NCBI GenBank assembly: GCA_012295275.1
Contig: CM022665.1
Location: 18,538,001-18,602,000 of the forward strand
DNA length: 64,000 nt
DNA from: Chrysomallon squamiferum
Taxonomy: Eukaryota > Animalia > Mollusca
Direction: 5' to 3'
This document shows, one piece after another, positions 13,138 to 26,200 of the stretch (the stretch's first letter is position 1; every line of letters starts with the position of its first letter). The position numbers were made by a program, and so were the translations under genes. The notes beneath the pieces were generated by a model. It saw only the letters and a program-made list of their open reading frames with translations, was not told the origin of the DNA and searched no databases.

Positions 13138-15531
13138 CCTCAAAATAAAAATCTTACGTTTCAGTCATTGTTTATATTAGTTTATCTGTAAATAATATAT
13201 TCTGCCAAATCATTTATTTATTTTATTTATTATTATTATTATTAAGAATATTTTACACAACACATATACATAGAAAGAAAAATCCAAAACTGTCACCAGT
13301 TTAAACTTTTTTATCTAATTTCCCATTCCAACTATTCCAATAACATTCCTCCCAATGACTGCATCTGTACAGATAATTAGAAAAAGAATAATTCAAATTA
13401 ATATTTAAAAAAAAAAAAAAAAACTCCAACAATATAATAAATAAAAAAATTAATTTAAATTTTTTTTAAAATTCAACAATAAAACAACAAAACAACCCAG
13501 CAACAACAAACAAAAATATATTTATATTCAAATTGATAAATAAAAAATCAACAACAAAACCCCCCAAAACAACAACAACAACAGCATAAACTCAGACACT
13601 AATTTGTTAACATAATGGGTTAATCAGAAAACTAATTCTATGAAACAGCTCTTTTGTTGTAGTATCTAATTAGAAAGGTGGTCTGCCCACATTTACAGAC
13701 AGAAAAAAATTAAATAATTATGAAGTATTTCATACTTCAGGTTTACAGCCTTGGTCCCAGTTTTATGCAAGAAATGTTTTTCTTTCTTTTAGTCAAATAT
13801 TTTCAAAGTTTAATGATGCAAGTCCAGCTTAGATGGGTTTTTTTTTTCTTCTTTTATTTCTTTTTTTTTAAAATCAAGTATTAATTTTGGTTTAAATCAT
13901 CAGTAACATCTAGTTCACATTAAACTTAAAATAAAAAAATGTTTTTTGTAATAATAATAATTTTTATAATATGCATTGCAGAAAACATAATTTTACTTTT
14001 TTATATTTATAACTTTATATATATGTTTTGGTTTTATGTTATGAAATTTTGTACGTTTTTTATAAACAATACTTAAAATTTTTCTTAAAATTCACATACC
14101 GCCCCATATACACATATATTTAATTCAATAAATTTGAGTAAATACAAAAAAGGTGTTCCATTTGCCACACCCTGTATTACTAATAATTTTTATGATAATA
14201 ATAAATTTTAAAATATTAATACTCTTAATACTGAGAGTGGAAATCTTTTAATTTTCTCTGAAAAGCTATACATGCTTCTTATTAATCTATAAAATAAAAA
14301 AATAATCTCAAATGTTTTTAATATACCTCTGACATCAAACACGTTTCCTAAGAATTCATCACAGATGCACTAAGAAATAATATGTGCTATAATATTTTAC
14401 AGTAATTTGATATTAATGTTTCTAATTTCTACCTTCTGTCTTGTAATTTTCATATTCAGTGTAATAATTTTTGTATTTCAGACCAAAATGTTTGATGGTC
14501 TTAGTAATAAAAAAATAATAATAATAAAAAATAATAATAAATAAACAATAATAGTAATAGTAATAACAGGAAAAAATAAAATTAATATTAATAATAATAA
14601 TAGTGGTAATAATAAATATATTGATAAAAAAAAATGTCAAAAAATCATAACTGTTTTTTAGCTTACATTTTTCATTTAATAATTCAATAAATTTTTGTTT
14701 AATGATTTGGAATACATCAAGCTGATATGTGTATTTTTTATTATTATTAAATAAATATGGTGGTTAAATGGTACTTAAGTAACAAAAATGATTAAGCAGT
14801 AATTATAAAAATGTTTTATATTTATTGAATTTTTTTTTTTTTTTTTTTTTTCCATACAGGGACTATCATCTGTCCTGCTACTGAATGTTTTGTTCACTGG
14901 CGTGATCCAACAAGTGGGTGTGAGTGGGGACTTAATTTTCAGACACCCACAGATGCATGTCGCTTTAAAGACTGCTGTTCGGTAACATTTATTTATTTAT
15001 TTATTTATGAATAAACTTTGTTTTAATTAATTAATTTTTATTTATTTTATTTTATTTATTATTTTTTTTAAATAAATAAACAAATAAAAATTATTTATAA
15101 CAAAGTTTGTTCATGAATAAACTTATTTTTGTTATAAATAATTTTTATTTTTATTTTTTATTTTTTTTTTGGCTTAAATAAATCATTTTTTCTTCATAAA
15201 TAAACCTTACTGTTTTGTATAAATAAACTTTTTTTCTTCTCACAAATAAATTTATTTTTGGGTATAAATAAACCTTTTGTTTTCCATAAATAAAGATATT
15301 ATTTGCACAAATAAACCTTTTTTTTTCTTTAGATAATTTTTTTTGGATATGAATAATCTTTTCTGGGAGGCATAAATAACCTTTTTTCTTTTTTCATAAA
15401 TACATTTATTTTTTGGCATGAATAAATCTTTTTTTTCTTCTTTTAATCCCCATAAATAAACTTCTATATATATATATTTGGTATTAACACTTTTTCATAA
15501 AAAAAAAAAAATGTCTTTGCATAGCTACATC

Positions 15532-15615
<84 letters not shown>

Positions 15616-18600
15616 GTATATATATTTTTTTTTTTTTTTTTAAATATTAATCTCACTATTGTTATCTCTTTTTTTTTAACAAACTTTTATTAGTATTTTT
15701 TCACTTAAAATGCTTTTTAAAAAGCCAGAATTTTTTAAGCTTAAGATCATACCTTGACATTAAAAACAAAGTTATATGTTAAAAATAAAGTTATTTGTTT
15801 TATGTTAAAATTTAAATTACAGTTTTGTTAAGATTTAAGTTATAATTATGTTACGGTTCAAGTTAAATGTTAGGATTTCAATTATAGTTATGTTAGATTC
15901 AAGTTATAATATAATTATGTTAAGATTCAAGTTATATGTTAAGATTTAAATTATAATTGTGTTTAGATTCAATTTAAATTATAGTTATGTTCATATTCCA
16001 GTTTTGCATTAAGATTCAAGTCATATTAAGATTTGAATTATAGTTATGTTAAGATTTAAGTTTTATGTTAAGATTAAAGTCATATTAAGATTAAAGTTGT
16101 TAAGATCCAAGACAATGAATACCTGCTCCAGCCTCTTTCACCATCTGGAAGATAAATCATATTGATCGCAGACTTCCATCATGTTTGATAGACATTATCG
16201 ATTTTGTCCTGTTTTAACTCTGTGACACTAAAATGAGCCCCTACTGATGGCAGTTAATGATTGCTTCAGCCCCGTTCGATAAGTCTGTCTCTTTTCCAGT
16301 GTCTTCATTTTTAACCCCGATTATTGATCTTTAATGAGTTTGTTTCAGTCATCTTTGCTTGGACATGGACAAATCACTCCAAATGTCAAAGCAGAGTAAT
16401 TTGCTTGACATTCTGCTTGTGTTAAACTTTTTATGTACCGTATTTAAGGAAAACAGTTTGACTTGTCAATATAGATAAAAAAAAAATAATATTTTTGTAA
16501 TGCCTTAGAAATACTTTTAATGCTTAGAAGGTATTTTGAATGGCTTAGAAATACTTTTAATGTAGAGATGTCAATATATATATAGATAGATAGATAGATA
16601 GAACCTTAACATTTTTTAAAAATGCTTTGAAGATACTTATAATGCTTTAGAATAACTTTTATTGCATGAAAGATATTTGTAATGCCTTAGACTTTTAATG
16701 TGTGGAAAGACACTTTTAATGCATCAAAGATATTTATAATGCTTTAGAAACTCTTTTAATACATCAAAAGACATTTTGAAAAACAAATTGATATATCTGT
16801 TAAAAATATTTTAAAATATTTTTAAAAATAATTTTTACTTTAGGGTTGTCTGCGAAAAAAGAAAAAAAAAATTACTTCTATTAAAAAAAAAAAAAACTAT
16901 ATCTGTGAAAGCTCTTAGATGTTATTTAGATGTGTGAGAGGTTTTTAAAGCCTGGACATGCTTTTAATATTTAGGAAATGTTTTGGGTATTTTAAATATT
17001 CATGGAAAGAATCTTTAATATATAGGAAATGATGCATATTATTTTAAATATACTTAATCTTGATGACAATGTTGGTAATTTTGGTGAAGATTTTAAAACA
17101 TAGGAAGTTCTTCTTCTGGAAAATATATTTAATATTTAATCAAATATAATTGAATAATTTTTAAAACTAGTTTTTCCAAGAAAAATATATAAGAAGGATT
17201 TTTTAATTATACAGCAAATAGTCTAGGATATTCAGACACAAGAAACATTATGCACTGAATGTAAATATATTTCTCAACATGTATTTTAAAGGTTTAATTT
17301 TTATAAAAAAATAAAAATAATAATAAAATGAATAAATAATATAAGCAAATGAAAAAAAATTAAAAAGAACATTGTTATTATTATCCAAGGATAATAACAT
17401 AGAAGGATTTTAAAAATATCCCAAATACTTCTACTTATTAAGACAGATTGAACAACATGCACTGAATGTAAATATATTTCTAAATTTTTTTCTTCAACTG
17501 TTTGATTTTGAAAAAAAAATTATTATTATTTTTTCCATGAAAGGTTTATTAATGTCTGAGAAGGTTTTTTAAAAATATTCAGAGAAAACAAATGTAGAAA
17601 AAAACCAACAACATATATTATTATTATTATACAAAAATACATAATTAAGGATTTTTAAAAATAATTGCTAATAGACTGTGATATTCAGACACAAGAAACA
17701 TTTCCTGAATGAAAATACATTTCCGAATATGTATTTTAAAGGTTTGATTTTGATGATTTCTTTCAGTTTCCAACACAACGATTTGCACGCAAAGCATCCT
17801 CTGCCAACTCCCTTCAGCTTAGTCCACCTAAGGTCAGAATGATATACTCAAATGTTAAACAGCTTCTTGCTTCTTTCTGTTTTATTTTAGCTGCTTTATT
17901 TTACTGCACTCAAAATTACATCCTTTATCATTTCTGCCCTCCGTATGTGTATTCTAGATACTGTCTTTTGTAAAAGGTGGGAAGACTCAGAAAAAAAAAA
18001 AATTCTCTTTCATTTGCTTATCAGTTTGTTGAGATTTTTGTAAAGTTTGCCTGAAAACTGAAGGTGAACAGTACTGTTTATCATATCTGCCTTCTGTATG
18101 TGTTTATTTATATGTGGGTTTTTTTTGTGTATACTAAGTACTGTCTTTTGTAAAGGGTGGAAGAGTGGGGAAAAACATTATTTGTTTAGTCATGTGTTGT
18201 CATCTGCAGGTGACTTTTGTAAAGTTCACATGTAAATTTATGGTGAATGATATTCTTTATCATTTCTGTCTTCTATATGTATTTATTTAAATGTGTATTT
18301 TTATGTATACAAAACACTGTCTTCTTTAAAGGGAGGAAGAATAAGGAAAAAAATATTTTCTTTTATTTGCTTAGCAATATGTTGTCATCTGCAGGCAATG
18401 TCTGCACATACATTTATAGTAAATGATAAATTTTATCATTTCTGCTTTCTGTATCTGATGTGTATTTGTGTTTGTTTTTTTATGTATACTGGACAGTCTT
18501 TTATGTAGGTGGGGAGAATGAGGGAAAACATTTTCTCTTTTGTTTGCTTAAGAAGGGGTCATGTGAAGTTTGTGCATATATTTATAGTGAAGTCACAACT

Positions 18601-21600
18601 TAAAGACACTGTCTGTAACCAGATGAAATTTTTTTTATTTTATTTATTTTTTTTTTTTTTTTCACATCTAATGATTCTTTTGTTAGAGTCTTTTTAAACT
18701 AATCTGATCTAGGATACTGATATCCAGATATTTTACATATATAATTATTATTATTATTATTAATTTTTTTTTTCATTTAACAATTCCTTTGTTTTGTTTG
18801 TTTTTACTGTAATCTGATCGAGGATGAAAATGCATTTTATTACTTAAATTTTTTTATTTTAAATTGAAAAAATAAAAAAGAAGAAACTATTCATGAGGTC
18901 ATTTGAATATTTTAACATCATATATTGTTTTGTGAACATGACTATTAATATAAAAAGGAATAAATAAATAAATATTTTTGTAAAATATATTAATAAATTA
19001 TTAAATGATGTGGGGTTTTTTAACTGTTAAATTTATTAATGAAAAAATAAACTATAATATTTTTCTAAACTGAAAAACGTAATAAAATATTAAACTAGTT
19101 TTAAATATTAAATAAATGTTATTTTGTCAATCAGTCAGAGAGATACAATTTATCCTCTGTAAGTTTTAACTAACTTGAATACAATATTAAAACTGATGTT
19201 TCCAAACAAAGTTGTTTATTTTGTTACTGTATAATGTAGACAATATTAATTTCTCGTTTTTTTGTTTGTTTGTTAGTTGTATTTTTTTAATTCTAAAATA
19301 ATGTCAATAAATTATTAAACTAGTTAGTTAAAAAAAATATATATATATATTTTGTCAGGTATGATTTATTCAATGTAAATTTTAACATAACTATCTTGTT
19401 TTCAAGGCAAAATTTGTTTATTTTGTTTCTAATATCTTTGATTGTTTCAGCTAAATTGGATACCATGTTGTGTTGGTTTTTGTGATTGTTATTTATTTAT
19501 TTTTATTTATTTATTTATTTTTGCAATATGTCGCTTTTGCTGTTGCTTCTATTTTGCTAATTAATTTGCATCTTTGACATTTGCTGTACCAATAATTGTT
19601 TTGTTTTTTGTATAGGGGAGATTACTCCTGGTGCTTTCTTTCTTGTTATCCAAAACAAGGTTACTCTCTATGTTATTGGATTTCTCAATTAAACATGCAC
19701 AGATAAACATTTTATCTTACTTCTTGTTTTTCTTATTCATCTGACTAATTAATAATAATTTATCTTTTAAAATTATAATTACAATTTTTTGTATGGACAG
19801 TAAAACAAACTAAATTTTTTATTTTTTTTTGTTAATCTAGTAAATTCAGTTTCTGTTTCCAGCACATTCATAGTAAAGTTGCATAGTAAAAATACTCAAA
19901 TTTATTTTAATTAACTCAGTAAATCCAGTTTTTTATTTCTAGCATATACATAGTAAAGATGCAGTGTAAAAAAAAATACTCAGTTTTTTTGTTTTACTCA
20001 TATTTTAATTTTTGTTTCCTGTTTGTTCATAGTAAAGCTGCAGAGTAAACATACTCAAATGTTTTTTACTTATCTCAGTAAATTAAATTTTTGTTCATAG
20101 GAAAAAAATTATCAAATTGTTTTTACTCAGTAATTTATTTTTTTTTTTTTTTCTAGCTTGTTCATAGTAAAAATATTCATGTTTTTTATATTTAATTCAG
20201 AAAATACAATTTTGTTTTCCAGCTTGTTTTAGTAAAATTACTTTTTTTTAATTAAGTCAGAAATTCCATTTTTGTTTCCATTTTGTTCATAATAAAAATA
20301 CATAGTAAATGATACTAAAATTGTTTAGTTAACTCAGTAAATTCATATTTTGTTTCCAGCATGTTTATAGTAAAAATGCTCAAATATTTTGTACTCGGTA
20401 ATTTCAATTTTTGTTTCCAGCCTGTTCATAGTAAAAACATACACATTTTTTTTTTTTTTAGTCATCTCAGTTTTTAATTCCATTATGTTTATAGTAAAAA
20501 TACTGAAAGTTTTCTGTTAACTCAGAAAATTCAAATTTTGTTTCCAGCGTGTTCGCAGTAAAGCTGCATCTGCATCTTCTCCTAGTTCTCCCAGTCACCA
20601 GAGACAGTCTCAGGGCCAGACAGAACCCAGTGGTGCCTGTGATCACCTTGATGTTGCTGTTGTACGAGTACAGAATCAGTCACCAAGGAGGGAGTCACCA
20701 AACATGTTGAGTTTCAAACCTGACGATGCTGAAGATAGGAGTGGATACAGATACTCTGCCATGGTTAAACCAGCATCCAACAGTTCAGTTTATGACAACT
20801 GTACAGCATCTAGTTTAAGAAACACTGGCTCTGCAGGTGATGGAGAGACTGTTGTTTTTCGCAAGTCTATGCCGCAGTGTCCTTCATCACTGACATCATC
20901 GCCGGCTAAAAGCATCACTGATCGACCTAATTCTGCAATGTCAGCTGTCACTGTGGACAGCTTGGGCAGTCCCCACCTCAGCTCTTTAGCAAGCAGTGGC
21001 AGAGAAAAACAAATGGGAAATGGAGCTGTGATAGAAAAGCCTCCAGATTATAGCAAGTGTGTTAACCTGGATTCTCAGACAAGACCGGCTAGCAGCCTGT
21101 CTCAGGCAACAGTCACCAGCAGTCCAGGACTGCCAGAAAGTAAGCTGTCTCAAGGCTCCAGACTAACTGTGGACATTTCTGCCTCAAGACACACCTCTTC
21201 ATCAGAATCCCCAGAGTGGCCATCTCCCCCTGAACCATTAACTCCCCAGACTCCACTCACCCCTTTGTATGCTAACACTATGTTTGACAGTGAAACTATT
21301 CAACGGATGCTGCGGTCTCTTCCGGCTTCTCCGGTAGACAAGGAAGATCTTGGTTTCCATGATGATCCAAACTGTGATGGTGTCAGTCACAATGGAAACT
21401 GTAAATCAGTGTCTTTGTCACGTACAAAGAGTCTGAACACACACGATAGGTGTTCTCGTGTTTCGAACTCACGACACAAGACTCCAAGTTCCACAGAAGA
21501 GACAGCCATGAGTACTGTGAAAATTCCAGAACTTCCAAAATCTCGACAGCTGACCAAAGTACTCGTAGAACAGGAACTGCTGAGAAAGAACCAGTGTGCA

Positions 21601-22484
21601 CAGAGTTCCTACCCTGACAGTGGCATTGGAGGAATGATGGGGGAGACGTCAGGGTCGCAGTTGTCTGGGGACAGTGGAACAGCTCAGCTAAAAAGAGGTA
21701 CTGTTCATTTTTTGTTCCTTAAATGTCTGTTTTTTTACTTATTATGTAATTGTAGATTATTTATTTGTTTATTTATTTATTTATTTACTTATTCATTTAC
21801 CTATTTTATTTCATTTGTTTATTTATTTACTTCATTTTATTTTATTTATTTTATTTTATTTATTTATTTGTATATTTATTATTTATTATTTATTTGTTTT
21901 TGTTATTTATTTCATTCTATTCCATTCATTTTATTTATTTATTTATTTATTTCATTTCATTTCATTTATTTATTTCAATTTATTGTGATTTCATTCATTT
22001 ATTTACTATTTTACTGATTATTAGTATCTTTTTACTTACTAAATTATTGCTTATATTATTATTATTACTATTATTATTTTATTATTATTTACTTACTGTT
22101 TATTATTATCTTTTTACTTACTTAATTATTGCTATTATTATTATTATTATTATTAGTGTGTTTTCTAGTTAATTTCTCATCATTAACTGGAAAACTTCTC
22201 CAAAATTTAAGTTCACTTACTTCATTTCCTAAATGTTTATGGTGGATATATTTTGAACTGGCAAATGTTTACATACAGACTTACATTTTCTTTTATGTTA
22301 TACAGAGAAAACAAAATATGAGTTTTTTTATATGTTACATACACAAAACAAAATATAGTTTTTTATGTTACAGACACAAAACAAAATATGAGTTTTTTAT
22401 ATGTTACACATAAAAAACAAAATATTAATACTCACTCTCTCTCTGTCTCTTATTGTTCAAAATATTTTGCAGCAAATGGATCTG

Positions 22485-22530
<46 letters not shown>

Positions 22531-22735
22531 TTGTGGCAGAATTTTAAAATCCCATTAACTTTTCTCTTTCTTTTGATTTAAGTTTAACAATATATATATA
22601 GCCAGTGTTTGTGGCAGAAATTTTATAATCCATTAACTTTTCATTTTCTTTTGATTTAAGTTCAATATATATATCTAGCTTTGGTGCAGAAATTTACAAT
22701 TCCATTAACCTTTCTTTTTCTTTCAAATTATGCTT

Positions 22736-22788
<53 letters not shown>

Positions 22789-23212
22789 TATCTTTGTGGC
22801 TGATATTAAAAATTCCATTGCCCTTTCATTTTAATTTTATTTTATGCTTATCAAACTTCTTCAGACACATTATTATTATTAGTGCTAGCAGTTTATTTCT
22901 TATTGTCTGCACCAGCTGTGTAGGAAAGACTGAAAGTGTCTGACTTGTTATGTACATAGTGTCTGTTTGTACATGTAATTTAATTACTGGATAAACTCTA
23001 AACCTGAGTAATAGGCTTAACCTGAAATAGAAGAAGTTAGGTCTGAATGGGTCACTGAGAGATGCACTGATATGACTGGAGCATATATATATATATATAT
23101 ATATTTTTTTTTTTTCTCTTCAGTGTATTCATATATTGAATTCTAGCTTATAGAATAGTTAGCATTATCATTTAGTTACTTGTATTTTTTGTTAGTACTG
23201 GCATTACTGCCA

Positions 23213-23261
<49 letters not shown>

Positions 23262-26200
23262 TAATTGTGTTAAGTACTTCACTGGTTGAAGTCCAAACTT
23301 ATGGAATACATTTCTTTGAATTATCCTTTAGTCACTATTTTTGTTAGTACTTGAACTACTGGAGTATATATTTTTTTTACTTGTGTTGTTTACTTCAAGT
23401 TCAACTTGTGAATTACTTTGCATTATTTTCCTTTAGTCATTTGTATTTTTGTTAGTACCTAAACTACTGGAGTTTTTTCCTTTAAATGTGTTATATACTT
23501 CACTGGCTGGAGTCCAACTTATGGATTACTTTACTCTGAATTATCCTGTTACTTGTCTAATCATCTTGCTGGGTTGATTGACTTGTGGAAATGTTTCATT
23601 CTCCTAATTTATGAAGGATTTATGGGCTCCTAAGATTCTCTGTGAAGATTTTACTCAACCAGTTATACTGTTCTGGGCTGTAGTTCTTGAAGTATTTATT
23701 TCACTTATATCTATCAACATAAAAAGTGATTGGATGTCTGCATTTACTGTAAGATGAAAAAAAAGATGATTTTCTGTAGGTAAGAATTTTTGATATTTAT
23801 AACTGTAGTCATTAATTTTTATTTTATATATATATTTCAAATGTATATACTCATTTTATTTAGTATTTGTGATAATTTTTATGAATTTTCATAGGTTTTT
23901 TTTAGTGCATGTATGTGTGTATGTATACACATATTTGTGTGTACATAGCTACTAAGCTATATTTCTTTATGTGGCTGTTGTTTGTAACTGACATAATTGT
24001 AATGATAACAGGTTCAGATTTGTTATCAAATAAATTAAATTTCATTTGTATATTTTTTTTTTATGGATGGTTTGAGTTGAGATATGTAACATCATGTACC
24101 AATTTTATTTTACATTACTTTTATTTTTATTTATTTATTTATTAACTTCAAATGTATGTTTATTTTCTCTATTATATTCATATATTATTTCACAGAAAGA
24201 AAATTATCATTGTTTCCTTGTAAAGTGTACAGAGAATGTATGGAATGTATGTGGTATGTAGATGGGAAAATCAGCTGGTAAATATACACAGCAACACTAG
24301 CAGCATCCTTGTAAAAATAGTTTGATTGTTCTCAAATTAGCATCCTCTGCTGGTAGCATGCACTTAAATGACTACACAGCAGTAAAGTTTGAAAGTTAAT
24401 ATCCTCGGATTAAACTGCGTAAACTACTCAACTTGTAATTAATCCAGCTTGTTAATGTAATATCTCATTATACTTGATGTCCACATAACAACAATTCAGT
24501 TTCAAGTCAGTTTTCTGCTCTATGAATAGATTCTTCTTTTACCTGTAATTATCACCTGTTATCACTTGTCATTGGTTTGAGTTCAGGTAATGCACAAACT
24601 ATAATTATAGCTAAGCTGGGGATGAGATAGACAGGTGAATTGTTGTGAAGCATACATAAGTGACATCCTCTGTCCTTGCTGTCAAAGACAAACAGTCACA
24701 TAATGGTATTTTCTGTCATCATCTTCTAGGTGGCTGTACAGAAGGTTTGGTACATAGCTTTATTCTTGTAGTATATACAGAAGCACTGACTTTATGACTT
24801 ACATATTATGATCTTTATGACGTATAACCTGCGTGATTTATGATCTATAATACAATTTACAATCTACAACCTATGTGTCTTATGACCTGTGTGACTTAAA
24901 ACTATGCAACTCATGACCTATAATACAATTTACGACTTATGTGACTTGTAACTGGTGATATGACTTACAACCTACGTGTGACTTATGAGTATGTGACTTA
25001 CAACCATCTGACATTATGACCCTGCAGGTATAAAGCTAGATTTATACTTCTCTGCTGAAACTAACGCAAGATACTTTTTGTCTTTATCACAAGATTTCTG
25101 ATGACCAGAACCCCCCCTAAAAAAAAACCAAGAGATAACAATTCAGACTAAGCTCAGTATGTTTGTTAAGAAAACAACATCAGTTAACCAAAAGAGACAC
25201 AACTTAGTTCCACTTCTCAGCACCAATCATTAATAAATAACATTTATTTATTTTATTTTATATATTTTATTTTATTAACATATTTTTTTGTAGCAAGTAT
25301 TAAAAGAACTGTTGTGCAAATTGTGTTTGGTGTAAGCTAACTAAAGGGTTTAATTAAAAATAATAAATACAAACCCTTTAGTCAGTTTAAATCAAACACA
25401 ATTAAGGTTGAAATAATTTGATTAGGTACAGTGCTATACAAACAGTAACACGGATTCTATAAATATAGACTCTGATTTATATCCTAATCAACTTATGACC
25501 AATTGGTCAGAATGGCCAGTAGTCAGAAATCTTTATTAAAGGAATAATCTTTTTAGTGTTGTCACTGACCCCATTCTGTGTTGACTATTTGTAAACATTC
25601 ATGGTATGTGCTCACCTGCTCATAAATACTAAAATCCCAAGCATCTAATTAGCTAGTTCACATAGCTTACAAAGTTATAGGTTTCGTTCTTCTTTCATAT
25701 TTTCACAATATGTTTGAAATTTAGTAAATGCCAGTATTAAAATGTGTGTATGTGTGTGTGTTTATTTATTTATTTATTAATATCAGTGTTTTTCTTCACT
25801 AAATGCTTACAACAATAAAATTGCCAATATTAAAATGTCATCAAATTTATATTTATTTATTTCAGGTTTTTCTTTATTAAATGCATACAATACACAGAAA
25901 TGCCAGTAATAAAATTTGTCATTAAATATATACTGTAAAACATGAAATTAATGTGCAAGTTAATGCAAAAAAAAAATATGAGTTAATTTGACAGCAGATT
26001 TATGCTTTGTTAGATAAGACTAAAATAAACAAAATAGAGAAATAGATGAACCTTTGAACAGTATATAGGTAGTTCAGTCTGGCATGGAGTTAAAAGTGGC
26101 AGTGAGTTAGTAGTCAGTTAACACAAAGTTCCTCTTAATAACAGTAACCCAGTCAGCTGGATTGTAAAGGGTACTGAGAGCTAGTACTAGGAGTCCACTG

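Noticed and set aside
19835-20568. Repeat-spacer appearance reminiscent of a CRISPR array (also 48200-48565 and 49520-49990)
   Set aside because: Eukaryotic intron, degenerate repeats, related low-complexity spacers and no cas genes.
21698-22017. Hydrophobic C-terminal tail of the 437-aa ORF, suggesting a membrane anchor
   Set aside because: Read-through past the exon 5 donor into (ATTT)n intron sequence.
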